Below are positions 26,069-36,913 of a DNA stretch of 64,000 nt, piece by piece. The notes under the pieces were generated by a model. The model was not told the origin of the DNA. It saw only the letters and a program-made list of their open reading frames with translations, and did no database searches. Each line of letters begins with the position of its first letter. Positions within the stretch are counted from its first letter, which is position 1. A program made the translations under genes and the position numbers. Source of the DNA: Myxococcales bacterium (GTDB lineage Bacteria; Myxococcota_A; Polyangia; Polyangiales; Houyiibacteriaceae); the NCBI GenBank assembly GCA_029862185.1, contig JAOTXX010000008.1, forward strand, positions 8,909-72,908, read 5' to 3'.

Positions 26069-28521
26069 CAGTTCTGCTCCCGGGGGTTGGTTCGCGTGGG
26101 TTCGACCGCCGGTGGCGCGGCGCGGCTCTGCTGCTTTCGTACGGCAGCGAAGGCGTCGAGGCGCTCGATGAAATCGTCGCGCACCTCTTCGGATCCTTCG
26201 AGCGAAAAAGCACCGGAAGCACGTTGGACCCGAAGCGCATCGATCAAGAAATCGTAAAGGGCGTTGGCTGCGGCGAGCGCAGCACCGAGGGCCTGGTTCT
26301 GCGCGTCGACGAGCTGAATGATGTCGGCCGCGCCGCGCTGGTAGAGATCGGTGACGAGCTCCAGGTTGCGCGCGGACGCTTCGGCGGCGTCCCGGCTGAG
26401 CGCGATGTTCGCGTACGAGAAGCCCGCCTGGTGCAGTGCGGAGCGAACGTCCTGTTCGAGTCGCTGCGCGATGACGGCGCGGTCGGTTTGCAGCCGATCG
26501 ATTTCGCGGAACTGTCGACGGATACGCGCGTAGTTGGAGGTTCCGTCGAAGAGCGTCAGCGAAGCCGTGGCGCCGACGTTCCAGGTGAAGGTCTGACGGC
26601 CTACGATGTCTACGTTAGGGATTGGCGCTGGCTGCTCGGACCCCCGCCCGCCGGCGTAGGGAATGTGTGTGAATCCACCAACGACCGCGATGTCCGGAAT
26701 CCCTAGCTGGCGCCGCTCGCCTTTGAGCAGCTCGTCCCGCGCCGCAATCCTGCTGTCGATGCTGCGGATCTCGGGGGAGTTCAGGATCGCCTCCTTCGCC
26801 ATGAACTCGCGAAACACTTTGAACGACCAGGCGTCCTGCAAGTACTTCACGAGCCGTTCGTCGCTCCCAGGCGTGACGGCGCGAACGTCGTCCGGGGGCG
26901 GAACTCGAAAGGGCGCCTCGAGCTGCCGGTTCAAGATGCGATTGAGGTTGATCTCCGTCTGGTTGCGCAGGGCGCTTGCTTCGATGACCGCCGAGCGGCT
27001 TTCGGCGATTTGAGTCTGCCAGCGAAAGACTTCTTCTCGGCCTGCGACGCCAATCGCGTTGCGCGTTTCGGCGAGCGAAAGGTTTTTTCGCGTCAGCTTG
27101 AGGTTGTCGCGGTTCACGCCCTCGTTGTTCTTGGCACGAAGCACATTGAGATACGCCTCGCCCGCTTCGAGCATCGTATCGAGGCGCGCCGACATGTAGT
27201 CGTGCTCGCGGCTCCAGTAGGTGTCGCGACGAAAGCGCAGCTCGGCGTGGGCCTGCGGCGAGTAGAGCAGCTGCGAGCCACCGATGCCCCAGGTGAATTG
27301 ACGCTCGGCTTGTCCGAACGAAGTCGACACCGCCGGGTCGTTGATCAGGAAATCCCCATCGGCACCCGCCTGAGGAAGCCAGCTGCCGCGTGCCACCTTG
27401 ATGCCTTCGTAGCTCGCATCGATGTCGAGGCCGGTTGCCATCAAGTCGAGGTTCGCGCGCAAGGCATCGCGCATCGCGATTTCGAGCGTGATGAGCGGGC
27501 CCCGCGTCCCCGACTGGTCGTTGATCAGCCGCGCTTCTGCCATGACCTCGAATCGCGGCCAGGTTCCGATGGCCCTCGCCGTAGCCATGTTAATCACCAG
27601 CACCGGCCGCTGGTCGAACGAAACCGGGAGCGAGCCCGCGGGCTCGCCCATCTGGATGCGCTGAACGAAGAGCGCGGCGCGACGCATGCGGCGGGTCTCG
27701 TCTTCCTCCGTCTCCATCGTCGCCAACGCGCCTCGCTCGACCCAATCCACCCCCCCGCCCGCGTAGGAGGGCAAGTCCTGCGCGTTGATGCCGTCGATGA
27801 GGCGCTGCATCTCTTCGTCGCTCCATTTGAAGATGGGGCCGATGTAGATGGCTTCGGTGTCTTCCGGAATGGCGGCGAGGGTGGTTTCGGCGCCCCCGTC
27901 GGCGACGACCAAGCTGGTTTGAACCCCGAGGCGCTGGCTCGCGAGTTGTATGGGCCGCTCCGGGGAATCGAGGTGTTGGACGACCTCTTCGCCAACGATC
28001 AGCGTCATGCGATCGAAGCGCACGATTTCCTCCAACTGACGGATGTTGCGCTCGAAATTCAAGAGCCCGGCAATGTAGGCGAGGTTCTTTCGGCCGCTGC
28101 GGTTGCCGTCCTTGGGCAGGCCCTGCAGCTCGGGCGCGGCGTAAGGAATGAGAACGGGTTTGCTGAGCTTCGCGATTCGGCCCACGGCCACCCCCGCCAT
28201 CGGGCCCGACACGATGATCATGTCGACGTTGCGATCTGCGAGACCCTCTTTGAGCGCCGCCTCTGCCGCCTCTAGTGTCCAGTTGGTCTTGGTCTTGGGC
28301 TCGACGAAGGTGATGGAGGCGTCTTCCTTCATGAGGTCGAGGATTTCGCCCTTGAGCAAGCTTTGCCGCTCGGAGAACAGTCGCGACTCGCCGTCGGCGA
28401 TCATCATGATGCGAAACGTCGGCCTCGCGCTTCTTTGCGCTTCGGCCGATGCGCCGATCGTAAGAGACAGAATAGCTGTGAGGACCAGCAGTGAGCGCAG
28501 TCCGGATATCGTCATGACCAC
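26068..28521 (-). CDS. TolC-family outer-membrane factor fused to an N-terminal ABC substrate-binding-like domain (paralogue 1)
   Basis: N-terminal about 330 aa periplasmic-binding-like (DMIIVSGP, GRKNLAYI, VLVINMATARAIG); C-terminal OMF repeats (ALRANLDL, NLELVTDLYQRGAADIIQLVDAQ). Confidence 0.85.
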   Translation of the reverse strand: MVMTISGLRSLLVLTAILSLTIGASAEAQRSARPTFRIMMIADGESRLFSERQSLLKGEILDLMKEDASITFVEPKTKTNWTLEAAEAALKEGLADRNVDMIIVSGPMAGVAVGRIAKLSKPVLIPYAAPELQGLPKDGNRSGRKNLAYIAGLLNFERNIRQLEEIVRFDRMTLIVGEEVVQHLDSPERPIQLASQRLGVQTSLVVADGGAETTLAAIPEDTEAIYIGPIFKWSDEEMQRLIDGINAQDLPSYAGGGVDWVERGALATMETEEDETRRMRRAALFVQRIQMGEPAGSLPVSFDQRPVLVINMATARAIGTWPRFEVMAEARLINDQSGTRGPLITLEIAMRDALRANLDLMATGLDIDASYEGIKVARGSWLPQAGADGDFLINDPAVSTSFGQAERQFTWGIGGSQLLYSPQAHAELRFRRDTYWSREHDYMSARLDTMLEAGEAYLNVLRAKNNEGVNRDNLKLTRKNLSLAETRNAIGVAGREEVFRWQTQIAESRSAVIEASALRNQTEINLNRILNRQLEAPFRVPPPDDVRAVTPGSDERLVKYLQDAWSFKVFREFMAKEAILNSPEIRSIDSRIAARDELLKGERRQLGIPDIAVVGGFTHIPYAGGRGSEQPAPIPNVDIVGRQTFTWNVGATASLTLFDGTSNYARIRRQFREIDRLQTDRAVIAQRLEQDVRSALHQAGFSYANIALSRDAAEASARNLELVTDLYQRGAADIIQLVDAQNQALGAALAAANALYDFLIDALRVQRASGAFSLEGSEEVRDDFIERLDAFAAVRKQQSRAAPPAVEPTRTNPREQN

Positions 28522-28572
28522 CTCGCCCGGGATTTCCGGAAATCGAACCCTAAAGCGGAACTCACGTGATGT

Positions 28573-30942
28573 CTACGGGGCCAAAACCGTGCGAGCGTCG
28601 TGTGTTTCGGCGGCCATGACGAATGCGTTGAGCCGTTGCGCGAAGTCTTGCTGCGCTTTTGGCGTGTCGAGGTTTCGAAAGTGACCGGCCTCGCGATTCA
28701 CAAAGAGTAGGGCGACGACGTAGTCATAGACGGCGTTCGCGGCGCCCAGATCGGCGACGAGGCTTTGGGTCTGTGCATCGACCAACGTGATGATGTCGAC
28801 TTTGCCGCGGCGATAGAGGTCGGTGACGAGCACCAGGTTGTTGGCCGCCGCGACGGCCGCCTTGCGCGTGAGCTCCACCGTGGCCAGCGCGGCGGCCGCG
28901 CTGTAGAGTTCGGTTCGCACGCCCGTATCGATGTTCTGCGCGACGCGATCGAGCTCGGCGGTCAGCCGTTCGACCAAGATCGCGCTGCGACGCATGTCCG
29001 CGACACCCGAGCCACCGCGGGACAAGGGAATCGCCAGAAAGAGCCCGACGTCCCATCCGAACTTGTCGGGCTGCGGGATATTGAGCGCGTTCGGCTGAGG
29101 AACGGTAGCGCCTTCGCCCTCGCGCCAGAAGTCATGCTGGATGCCGCCCTCGACGAAAAACTCGGGCAACCAGAGCTCCCGCGTACGGCCTTCGTTGATG
29201 CGCCGCTCCGCAGCTTTCTGAGCTTCGACCTGACGAGCCTCCGGCGAGTTGCGGAGCCCTTCGCGAACCATGAAGTCCCTGAGCTTCTCGAAGGACCATG
29301 GGTCGTTCATGTACTTGCTGATCGGGTCTTGGGGCGCCTGCGTCCGGCCCGACTCGTCGCTGGGCAGGTCGACGGGCGCGATGGGCCGCTCCGAGGGCCG
29401 GTTCAGCACGCGGTTGAGCTCGATCTTGCTCTGGCTGACCAGTGCCCGCGCGTCGACGACGGCAGCCTGGTTGTCGGCAAGCGTGACCTGCCAGCGGTAG
29501 AGCTCGCTCGCATTGGCGACCCCGACTTCGAGCCGAAGGCGAGCAAGCTCGAGGTACTCCCTCGTCAGTTGGATGTTCTTGCGTTGGATGCGCTGTTGCG
29601 CCTGGGCCCGAAGGACGCCTACATACGCCACGCCCGAGCTGAGCATGATGTCGAGAACGTCGGTGAAGTAGCCGTACTCACGCCCCTGTTGGGCGAGCTT
29701 GCGCGCCTTGAAGCGCGTCCAGGCTCGCTCCGAATAAATGCTCTGGCTCGCGCGAGCGAACGTGCTTGCCTGCCATTCCGCAAGCTGGCCCCCCGTGATG
29801 ATCCGATCCGGGTCCCGGTTGACGACGCCAACTTCGAGCTGGCCCTGAGGAAGCAGGGGGCCTCGATCGACTTTCACGCCTTCCTCGCCCGCCTCGACGA
29901 ACTTTTCGGAGACCAGCAGATCCAAGTTCTTGTCGACCGCTTCCTTCATGGCGCGGCTCATCTGGAGGCGGTTCTCTTCCGCAGTTTCTTCTTCGTTCAC
30001 CACGTTCGCCTCGAGCAGAACCTCGAAGGTCGGACGGACGCCGACGGCCCGCGCGGCTTGCACGTTGATCTGCAGGTCCTCGCGCTCCTCGAAATCGACG
30101 TGAATCTGTGATGCAGGCCGGCCTTCGAGAATCAGGTCGAGGTTCAGCGCTGCTCGCTGAGCCCTTCGCTCGGAGTTGTTCGGTGAGCGGATCGACATCA
30201 TCGCGCCCTGGTCGAGCCAACGAGGACTCACCGCAATGTTCGGAATGCGGCGCTTTGTGATCTGGTCGAGAAGCCGACGCCGATCTTCGAGGCTGAGCTG
30301 CCGCATCGGGGACAGGATCAGTCCGTCGGCGGTCTTTGGAATCGCCGCTAGCAAAGCGTCGACCGTCGGTTCCGCGGCCGCCATAGTGACTTTTTGAGTG
30401 CTTGTGACCGAAGAAAACATCGCCCGCTGTGACTCTTCGGCGAGAAGTACGATCCGGCTCGAGCCAGCGACCTCTCGGAGCCGCGCCGCTTCGTCGCGGA
30501 TATCGAGCTCTTCGCTGATGTAGCAAAGGTTTCGTTTTCCGCTGACGTCTCCTCTGCGAGGCAGCCCTTGTTGTCGCGCGGTAAACACAAACGGGAGAAT
30601 CGTTGGCTTGGGTAGGTCCTTGCGCGCCGCAACGGCGAGCACTGAAAGGTGACCGAAGCCAAAGACAGCGGCGATTTCTGGATCGGAATACGCCTCGTCG
30701 AACTGACGTTCGACGCCTTCGGCCGTCCAATCGCCCTCAAAGCTCAGCGGCACCAAAACGACATCAAAGCGGTCCGAAAGCTGACTCCGAATCTCGCGCG
30801 CCAAATCTTCCGTGATGGCGTCGAACACAGGCGATGGTCCGTCGAACACCGCGGTCACTTTCACATGGGGCTTCTCGGCTTGTGCGCCTGCAAGCGTAGG
30901 CGCGACGAGCATGGCAATGAGGGATAGGCAAAGCAGCCGCAT
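28573..30942 (-). CDS. TolC-family outer-membrane factor fused to an N-terminal ABC substrate-binding-like domain (paralogue 2)
   Basis: Same architecture (GKRNLCYI, LQINVQAARAVG, AVDKNLDL, NLVLVTDLYRRGKVDIITLVDAQ); start at MRLLCL. Confidence 0.85.
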   Translation of the reverse strand: MRLLCLSLIAMLVAPTLAGAQAEKPHVKVTAVFDGPSPVFDAITEDLAREIRSQLSDRFDVVLVPLSFEGDWTAEGVERQFDEAYSDPEIAAVFGFGHLSVLAVAARKDLPKPTILPFVFTARQQGLPRRGDVSGKRNLCYISEELDIRDEAARLREVAGSSRIVLLAEESQRAMFSSVTSTQKVTMAAAEPTVDALLAAIPKTADGLILSPMRQLSLEDRRRLLDQITKRRIPNIAVSPRWLDQGAMMSIRSPNNSERRAQRAALNLDLILEGRPASQIHVDFEEREDLQINVQAARAVGVRPTFEVLLEANVVNEEETAEENRLQMSRAMKEAVDKNLDLLVSEKFVEAGEEGVKVDRGPLLPQGQLEVGVVNRDPDRIITGGQLAEWQASTFARASQSIYSERAWTRFKARKLAQQGREYGYFTDVLDIMLSSGVAYVGVLRAQAQQRIQRKNIQLTREYLELARLRLEVGVANASELYRWQVTLADNQAAVVDARALVSQSKIELNRVLNRPSERPIAPVDLPSDESGRTQAPQDPISKYMNDPWSFEKLRDFMVREGLRNSPEARQVEAQKAAERRINEGRTRELWLPEFFVEGGIQHDFWREGEGATVPQPNALNIPQPDKFGWDVGLFLAIPLSRGGSGVADMRRSAILVERLTAELDRVAQNIDTGVRTELYSAAAALATVELTRKAAVAAANNLVLVTDLYRRGKVDIITLVDAQTQSLVADLGAANAVYDYVVALLFVNREAGHFRNLDTPKAQQDFAQRLNAFVMAAETHDARTVLAP

Positions 30943-31119
30943 AGGGGGCGAAGCATAGTCGACGAGTCTCCGATTCCCTAGGCGGTGTTGAGAAATTTCC
31001 GCAGCGTTGCGCGCGGCCGCGCTGGTTTGCCTTGGCAAGATGGGCCTGGCTGCTTATGCTCGCGCGTCCCGAGAACAGCTCGGCAGCTTCGAACAATCGC
31101 CTTGAAGACGGAACCCTCC

Positions 31120-32229
31120 ATGCCCCCTAGAATGCTTGCCCACGGCCTCGTCGTGGCGCCTTTCGTGCTCGCGATTGCGATGCTTGTTTCTTGTAAGGAA
31201 GAGGTGGTCGTCGAACCCGAGCCGACCCCCAGGCCGATCAAAATCTACAGGCTCGAGGGGCAGCAGGGGACTACGCGGCCCGACTTCCCGGGTCGCATCA
31301 AGGCCATCAAGGTCGTCGAGCTCGCCTTCGAGGTCGAAGGGCGCATCATCGACTGGAATGTGGAGGAAGGGCAGCGGGTCAAGAAGGGTCAAATCCTCTC
31401 GCGTCTCGATCCGCGCGACTATCAGGCCCAGGTCGAGGCCTCCCGTGCGCGGCTTCGGCTCGCCGACGCCGAGTATCGTCGCGAGAGCAAGCTGTTCGCC
31501 TCCGGCTCCGGCACGCAGCGCGACCTCGACGTGGCGACTCGCTCGCGCGACGTAAGCCGTGCAGAGCTTCGGATCACGCAAAAGGCGCTCGAGGACACGC
31601 GCCTGCGGGCGACGTTCGATGGCGTGATTGCCCGGAAGCTCGTCACCGACTTCCGGAATGTCGCGGCCCGTGAGCCCGTGCTGCTTCTGCAAGACGAGTC
31701 GGTGATGGAGGTCGTGGTCGACGTCCCGGAGCGGGACCTCGCCGGGACCCAAAAGCGAACCAACTTCGAGGAGTTCAACGCGCAGGCCAAACCGGTGGTC
31801 GAGCTGTCTGCGCTCCCCGGGCGCCAGTTCCCCGTCGCTCTCACCGAGCTGGCGACTGCGGCAGACCCGAACACCCGCACCTTCCGGGCGACGTTCAGCA
31901 TGAAGAAGCCAGAGGGGGTCGGCGTCCTGGCCGGGATGACCGCCAAGCTCGTCCTGACGGGCCTGCGGACGACGGCGGCCGATGATTTCTTGCTGCCGGT
32001 GGAGGCCGTTCTCGCGGACAGCGAGGAGAAGCCTTACGTCTGGCTGGTCGATCAGGAATCGATGACGGTCTCCAAGCTGCCGGTTCAGGTGGGTGAGATC
32101 ACTGGAGGCCGCATCGTCGTCAAAGAAGGGCTCGAAGGTGCCCAGGCCATCGCGATGTCGGGCGTCCAGCTGCTCGACGAGGGCATGGCCGTCACCGAGC
32201 TGAAGGAATCCGACGAGACTCGGAAATGA
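31120..32229 (+). CDS. RND membrane fusion protein (lipoprotein)
   Basis: MLVS-C lipobox, LAFEVEGRI, RLRATFDGVI; start set at MPPRML. Confidence 0.9.
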   Translation: MPPRMLAHGLVVAPFVLAIAMLVSCKEEVVVEPEPTPRPIKIYRLEGQQGTTRPDFPGRIKAIKVVELAFEVEGRIIDWNVEEGQRVKKGQILSRLDPRDYQAQVEASRARLRLADAEYRRESKLFASGSGTQRDLDVATRSRDVSRAELRITQKALEDTRLRATFDGVIARKLVTDFRNVAAREPVLLLQDESVMEVVVDVPERDLAGTQKRTNFEEFNAQAKPVVELSALPGRQFPVALTELATAADPNTRTFRATFSMKKPEGVGVLAGMTAKLVLTGLRTTAADDFLLPVEAVLADSEEKPYVWLVDQESMTVSKLPVQVGEITGGRIVVKEGLEGAQAIAMSGVQLLDEGMAVTELKESDETRK

Positions 32230-35200
32230 ATCTCACCGATTTCTCGCTTCGAAACCGCACCCTGATCATCGTTCTGACGTTCGGTGCGCTCTATGCCGGC
32301 TTCAAGTCGTTCAACAGCCTGCCGCGTCTCGAAGACCCCGAGTTCACCATCAAGGAAGCGCTCGTCATCACGCCGTACCCCGGCGCGACGCCTTACGAGG
32401 TCGAGGAAGAGGTGAGCGACGAGCTCGAGCTCGCGATCCAGAAGCTCGGCAAGATCAAGCGCATCGAATCACGAAACATTCCGGGCATGTCGACCATCAC
32501 CGTCGAGATGCGTTCGACCGTCAAGAGCAAAGCCCTCCCGCAGGTCTGGGACGAGCTTCGCCGCAAGGTCGGTGACGCGCAGGGGAACCTGCCGCCGGGT
32601 GCCGGGCCCTCCATCGTGAACGACGACTACTCCGACGTGTACGGCGTGTTTCTGGGCCTCTACGGCGACGAGTACAGCTATCGAGAGCTCTACGACGTCG
32701 CAAAGATGCTGCGTAAGGAGCTCGTCCTCGTCAAAGACGTAGCGAAGGTGGAGCTCTTCGGCGTCGTCCAGGAAGCGGTTTACGTCGAATTCGATCGAGA
32801 GCGGCTTTCGCAGATTGGAATCTCGCCCGATGCAATCTCGGAAAAGCTCGTTGCCGAAGGCGTCGTCGTCGATGCGGGCATGGTGGAGGCCGGCTCGGAG
32901 TATCTGAGCATCCAGCCGGACTCGCTCATCGATTCGTCGCAAGACCTTGGCGACATCCTCATCAGCACGGGGGACAAATCCCAGGTGCGGCTTCGGGACA
33001 TCGCGAACATCAGGCGCGGGTACGAGGAGCCGGCCCGCAGCAAGCTGCACGTGGATGGCCACAAAGCCATCGGCATCGGCGTCTCCACCGAGAAGGGCGG
33101 CAACGTCGTCACCATGGGCGATGGCATCAAGCAGCGGCTCCAATTGCTGCAGGGGCAGTTCCCGCTCGGGATGGACCTCGAGGTCATCTACATGCAGTCC
33201 GACATGGTGACCACTGCGATCGATGCCTTCCTGGTCAATCTCATCGAGGCCGTGCTCATCGTGATCGTCGTCCTGCTGCTGTTCATGGGGCTCCGTAGCG
33301 GTCTCATCATCGGCTTCGTGCTGGTCCTCACCATCGCCGCGACGTTCATCTTCATGGGCCCCGCTGGAGTCGCCCTCGAGCGGATCTCGCTCGGTGCGCT
33401 GATCATTGCGCTGGGGATGCTCGTCGATAACGCCATCGTCATCATTGACGGCATGCTGGTACGCATCAAAGACGGGATGGACGCCGAAGCGGCTGCCCTC
33501 GAAGTCGCAGGCCAAACCTCGATGCCCCTGCTCGGCGCGACCGCGGTGGCGATCATCGCCTTTGCCGCCATTGGATTGTCTCCGGACAGCACCGGTGAAT
33601 TCTGCCGGTCCCTGTTCATCGTGATCGGCATCTCGCTGTCACTAAGCTGGGTGACGGCCATGACCATCACGCCGCTCCTGGGCATCTGGTTCCTCAAGCC
33701 GCCAAGCGAAAAGGAGAAGGCAAAGAGCGCTGGCAAGGGCGCGTACGACAACGCCTTTTACAATACGTACAAGAAGTTCCTCGCACTTTGCCTTCGCTTC
33801 CGTTGGGTCACCGTCGCGGTGGTGTTCGCGGCCTTCGCGGTCTCACTCTACGCCTTCCAGTTCACCGACAAGACCTTCTTCCCCGCATCGACGACGCCGA
33901 AGTTTCGCCTCGACGTCTTCTGGCCGGTCGATCAGCACATCGACGAGACCGAAAAACGTGTGAACGTCATCGAGGAGGGGCTGGCGGAGCTCGAAGGGGT
34001 CACCCACGTCGCTTCCTCGATTGGTCAAGGGCCGCTGCGTTTCATTTTGACCTTTACGCCCGAAAAAGAGCACAGCGGCTTCGCCCAGTTTTTGGTCGAC
34101 ATCGAGGACTACACCACGCTCGCGCGCGACATCAGACGCGCCGAGGAGTACGTCCAAAGCGTTGCCCCGGATACGATCGCGTTCGGCCGAACATTCGACC
34201 TGGGGCCAAGTAAGCCCGGCAAGATCGAAGCGCGGCTCGTGGGCCCTGACGTCAACGTCCTTCGAGACCTGGAGCAGCAGACGCTTACGATCATGGAAGC
34301 CGACGGCGACGCCAAAGGCTCGCGCGGGCGCTGGTTCGAGCGCGTGAAAGTCATTCACCCGAGGCTTTCGGAGGAACAAGCGGATGCGCAGGGGATCACG
34401 ACGCGGGGTGTCGCCCTGGCGATTCAGTCGACGTTTGAGGGACATCGCGTCGGCGTCTATCGGGAGCAGGATGAAGTCATTCCGGTCCTGTTCCGGCAGC
34501 CGGCGCCGCTTCGGCTCGACGTAGCCAACCTTACGCAGATTCCCATCTGGAGCCCCGTTGCGCAGCGCTACATCCCGATGGCCAACGTCGTGACCGGCCT
34601 CGAGACGAAGTTCAGCGATCGGGTCGTCGAACGCCGCAACCGGAAACGCACGCTCACGGTCGTGACCGACCCGACCAACGATTCGGCGCCAACGCTCTGG
34701 GGCAGACTCGCGCCTAAGATCGAGGCCCTGCCGTTTCCTCCCGGCTACCACGTCGAGTGGGGCGGCGAATACGAAAGCACCCGGGATGCGCAGACCGCGC
34801 TCTTTGCGCCCATCCCCATGTTCCTCGGGATCATGGTCTTGATCGTGGTCGGCTTGTTCAACGCGATTCGCCAGCCCCTGGTCATTTGGCTCACGGTGCC
34901 CTTGGCGCTGATCGGCGTCACCGCAGGCCTCCTGCTTTTCGAGCAGCCCTTTGGCTTCATGGCCTTGCTCGGCTTCCTCAGCCTGTCGGGGATGCTCATC
35001 AAGAACGCCATCGTGCTCGTCGACGAAATGGACCTGCAGGTTCGCGAAGGGAAACCGACCTATGACGCCGTTCTCGATGGCGGTGTGAGCCGTTTGCGCC
35101 CGGTTGCGATGGCCGCAGCGACGACGGTGCTCGGTATGATTCCGCTGTTTACGGACGCGTTCTACGTCGCCATGGCGGTCACCATCGTCGGCGGCCTGCT

Positions 35201-35342
35201 GGTGGCCACCGTGCTCACCATGATTGTCGTGCCCACGTTTTACGCGATCTTCTTCAATGCAAAGAAGGGCGACGACCGAAACACGACGCCTGCGCCTGGG
35301 GACGGTGGAGCCAGCACGACGGCTCCGCCCGCGCCGGCCTAG
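32226..35342 (+). CDS. RND efflux permease (AcrB/AcrD/AcrF family)
   Basis: 1038 aa, GMLVDNAIVII, GMLIKNAIVLVD, SRLRPVAM. Confidence 0.93.
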   Translation: MNLTDFSLRNRTLIIVLTFGALYAGFKSFNSLPRLEDPEFTIKEALVITPYPGATPYEVEEEVSDELELAIQKLGKIKRIESRNIPGMSTITVEMRSTVKSKALPQVWDELRRKVGDAQGNLPPGAGPSIVNDDYSDVYGVFLGLYGDEYSYRELYDVAKMLRKELVLVKDVAKVELFGVVQEAVYVEFDRERLSQIGISPDAISEKLVAEGVVVDAGMVEAGSEYLSIQPDSLIDSSQDLGDILISTGDKSQVRLRDIANIRRGYEEPARSKLHVDGHKAIGIGVSTEKGGNVVTMGDGIKQRLQLLQGQFPLGMDLEVIYMQSDMVTTAIDAFLVNLIEAVLIVIVVLLLFMGLRSGLIIGFVLVLTIAATFIFMGPAGVALERISLGALIIALGMLVDNAIVIIDGMLVRIKDGMDAEAAALEVAGQTSMPLLGATAVAIIAFAAIGLSPDSTGEFCRSLFIVIGISLSLSWVTAMTITPLLGIWFLKPPSEKEKAKSAGKGAYDNAFYNTYKKFLALCLRFRWVTVAVVFAAFAVSLYAFQFTDKTFFPASTTPKFRLDVFWPVDQHIDETEKRVNVIEEGLAELEGVTHVASSIGQGPLRFILTFTPEKEHSGFAQFLVDIEDYTTLARDIRRAEEYVQSVAPDTIAFGRTFDLGPSKPGKIEARLVGPDVNVLRDLEQQTLTIMEADGDAKGSRGRWFERVKVIHPRLSEEQADAQGITTRGVALAIQSTFEGHRVGVYREQDEVIPVLFRQPAPLRLDVANLTQIPIWSPVAQRYIPMANVVTGLETKFSDRVVERRNRKRTLTVVTDPTNDSAPTLWGRLAPKIEALPFPPGYHVEWGGEYESTRDAQTALFAPIPMFLGIMVLIVVGLFNAIRQPLVIWLTVPLALIGVTAGLLLFEQPFGFMALLGFLSLSGMLIKNAIVLVDEMDLQVREGKPTYDAVLDGGVSRLRPVAMAAATTVLGMIPLFTDAFYVAMAVTIVGGLLVATVLTMIVVPTFYAIFFNAKKGDDRNTTPAPGDGGASTTAPPAPA

Positions 35343-36007
35343 TCCTTCTCGCTGCTGCTGCCAGCGATGTGCAAACCGACCAGCCGGGCAATCGTCACAG
35401 CGAGGTAGAGCTGCCCAAACACCCCTTCGAGCACGGCCAGCGATCGGGCAAGGTGTGAAACGGCGACGATGTCGCCGAAGCCCATGGTCGTGATGCAAAC
35501 GAGGCTGAAGTACACCATCGTGCTGCCGAGCTCTGAGCGATCAGAGCCGGCAGACGTCGGAATCCCAGAAAACGAACCGGGATTTTGAAGCTCAATGAGC
35601 TCGAATGCTACGGTGAATCCAACGGCCACCAGGAGGTAAGCCACGATAGCCCCAAGAATCGTGTCGGCCGTGACGTCACGACGCTGGAACAAGTGGCGGA
35701 TGATGATCCAGACCGCGTAGGCCAGCCAAACTACGGTGATGAACAAGGCGCCCACGTCGAGCGTGACAGCGCCCGAGAGCTGCTGGCTCCAGCGCACGCC
35801 GAGCGTGAAGACGGTCAAGACCGCGAACGGCCATCGGTGCTTGCCTGGGCCCACCGAATGGACCCCGGTCAAAAGGATCGCATCGAAAGACAATTCGAAG
35901 AGCCACCCGGAACCGTCGTCCGCGATCGCCGGGCTCAATATGATCATTGCCAACAGAGCGATGAGAAGGAATGCGTTTCGGGGGATGCGCTGGAGGAGGG
36001 TCGGCAT
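35339..36007 (-). CDS. Potassium channel family protein (2TM pore with extra N-terminal helices)
   Basis: YFSLVCITTMGFGDI pore signature, EGVFGQLYLAVTIARLVG. Confidence 0.85.
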   Translation of the reverse strand: MPTLLQRIPRNAFLLIALLAMIILSPAIADDGSGWLFELSFDAILLTGVHSVGPGKHRWPFAVLTVFTLGVRWSQQLSGAVTLDVGALFITVVWLAYAVWIIIRHLFQRRDVTADTILGAIVAYLLVAVGFTVAFELIELQNPGSFSGIPTSAGSDRSELGSTMVYFSLVCITTMGFGDIVAVSHLARSLAVLEGVFGQLYLAVTIARLVGLHIAGSSSEKD

Positions 36008-36046
36008 GCTGGAAGGGCCTAAGCTAATGCGAGACCGCCTGGCCCG

Positions 36047-36859
36047 CTAGCGCCGGAACCTATGAAAGCTCCAATGCGTTCCGTCCTCGCGATGGACGGT
36101 GGAGGTCTCACTCCGAAACATCGCGCGGACTTCGGAGAGCTTGATGAGCGGGGCTCCCTGCGCGTGTTCGTCGAGCGAAGGCTCGAGATAGACCGACAGC
36201 AGGAGCTCCTTGATGGCGATTGGACGTTCGTACAGCGCGCGCGCAGTCGAAGGGCCTGCCTCGATGGACACGCACTCGCAGCCCCGAGAGACCTGCAGGT
36301 GCCGGATCGCACGCCGGATGTCGGGCGCTGCGTCCGCAACGACAGGGCAGGGCGCCGCCGCCAACCTGCGAGCGGCGGCCTGGTCATTCGTGAAAATGAC
36401 CGGCCTCGCCCATCCATGAAAGACGGGATGGTCGAAGTCGAGCTCGCCTTGGTTCGTCAGGATCAGCAGCCACGGCGGTTCGAAAAGCGCCCATCGGCGT
36501 TCACGCCAATTGAGCAAGGCTTCCCCCCAGCGCGGGTCGGCGCGCGGGTCGAAGCTCAGCCGGGGCTCATCGCGAAGGATCTTCCCGGTAATGACGATCG
36601 CATCGGCCCGTGCGCGCGAGATGTGCAGGGCGAGGGAATCCAAGTCGCTCTTCGGGCTGTGCTCGTTGATGAGGATCGAGGTGAGAGGCGCGCCTTCCGC
36701 GGCACGCCAGGCCACGTAGCTCTGCGAAACCGCCGGTCTCGTATCGAGGGGGCTGCCGAACAGAGCCCGCGCAGCGCGGTCGACGCTGGCGGCATCGGTC
36801 AGCTCGACCAGTGGGGCAGCCATTTGCGCATGGAACTTCGAACTGGCAGGCCAAGTCAA
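36047..36859 (-). CDS. RibD C-terminal/dihydrofolate reductase-like protein
   Basis: SRARADAIVITGKILRDEP, SIEAGPST. Confidence 0.7.
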   Translation of the reverse strand: MTWPASSKFHAQMAAPLVELTDAASVDRAARALFGSPLDTRPAVSQSYVAWRAAEGAPLTSILINEHSPKSDLDSLALHISRARADAIVITGKILRDEPRLSFDPRADPRWGEALLNWRERRWALFEPPWLLILTNQGELDFDHPVFHGWARPVIFTNDQAAARRLAAAPCPVVADAAPDIRRAIRHLQVSRGCECVSIEAGPSTARALYERPIAIKELLLSVYLEPSLDEHAQGAPLIKLSEVRAMFRSETSTVHREDGTHWSFHRFRR

Positions 36860-36913
36860 CCGGCATTGCGCGCAAAACTCGCCCCACCGATCGGCGCCTG
36901 TTAATGTCGCCGC

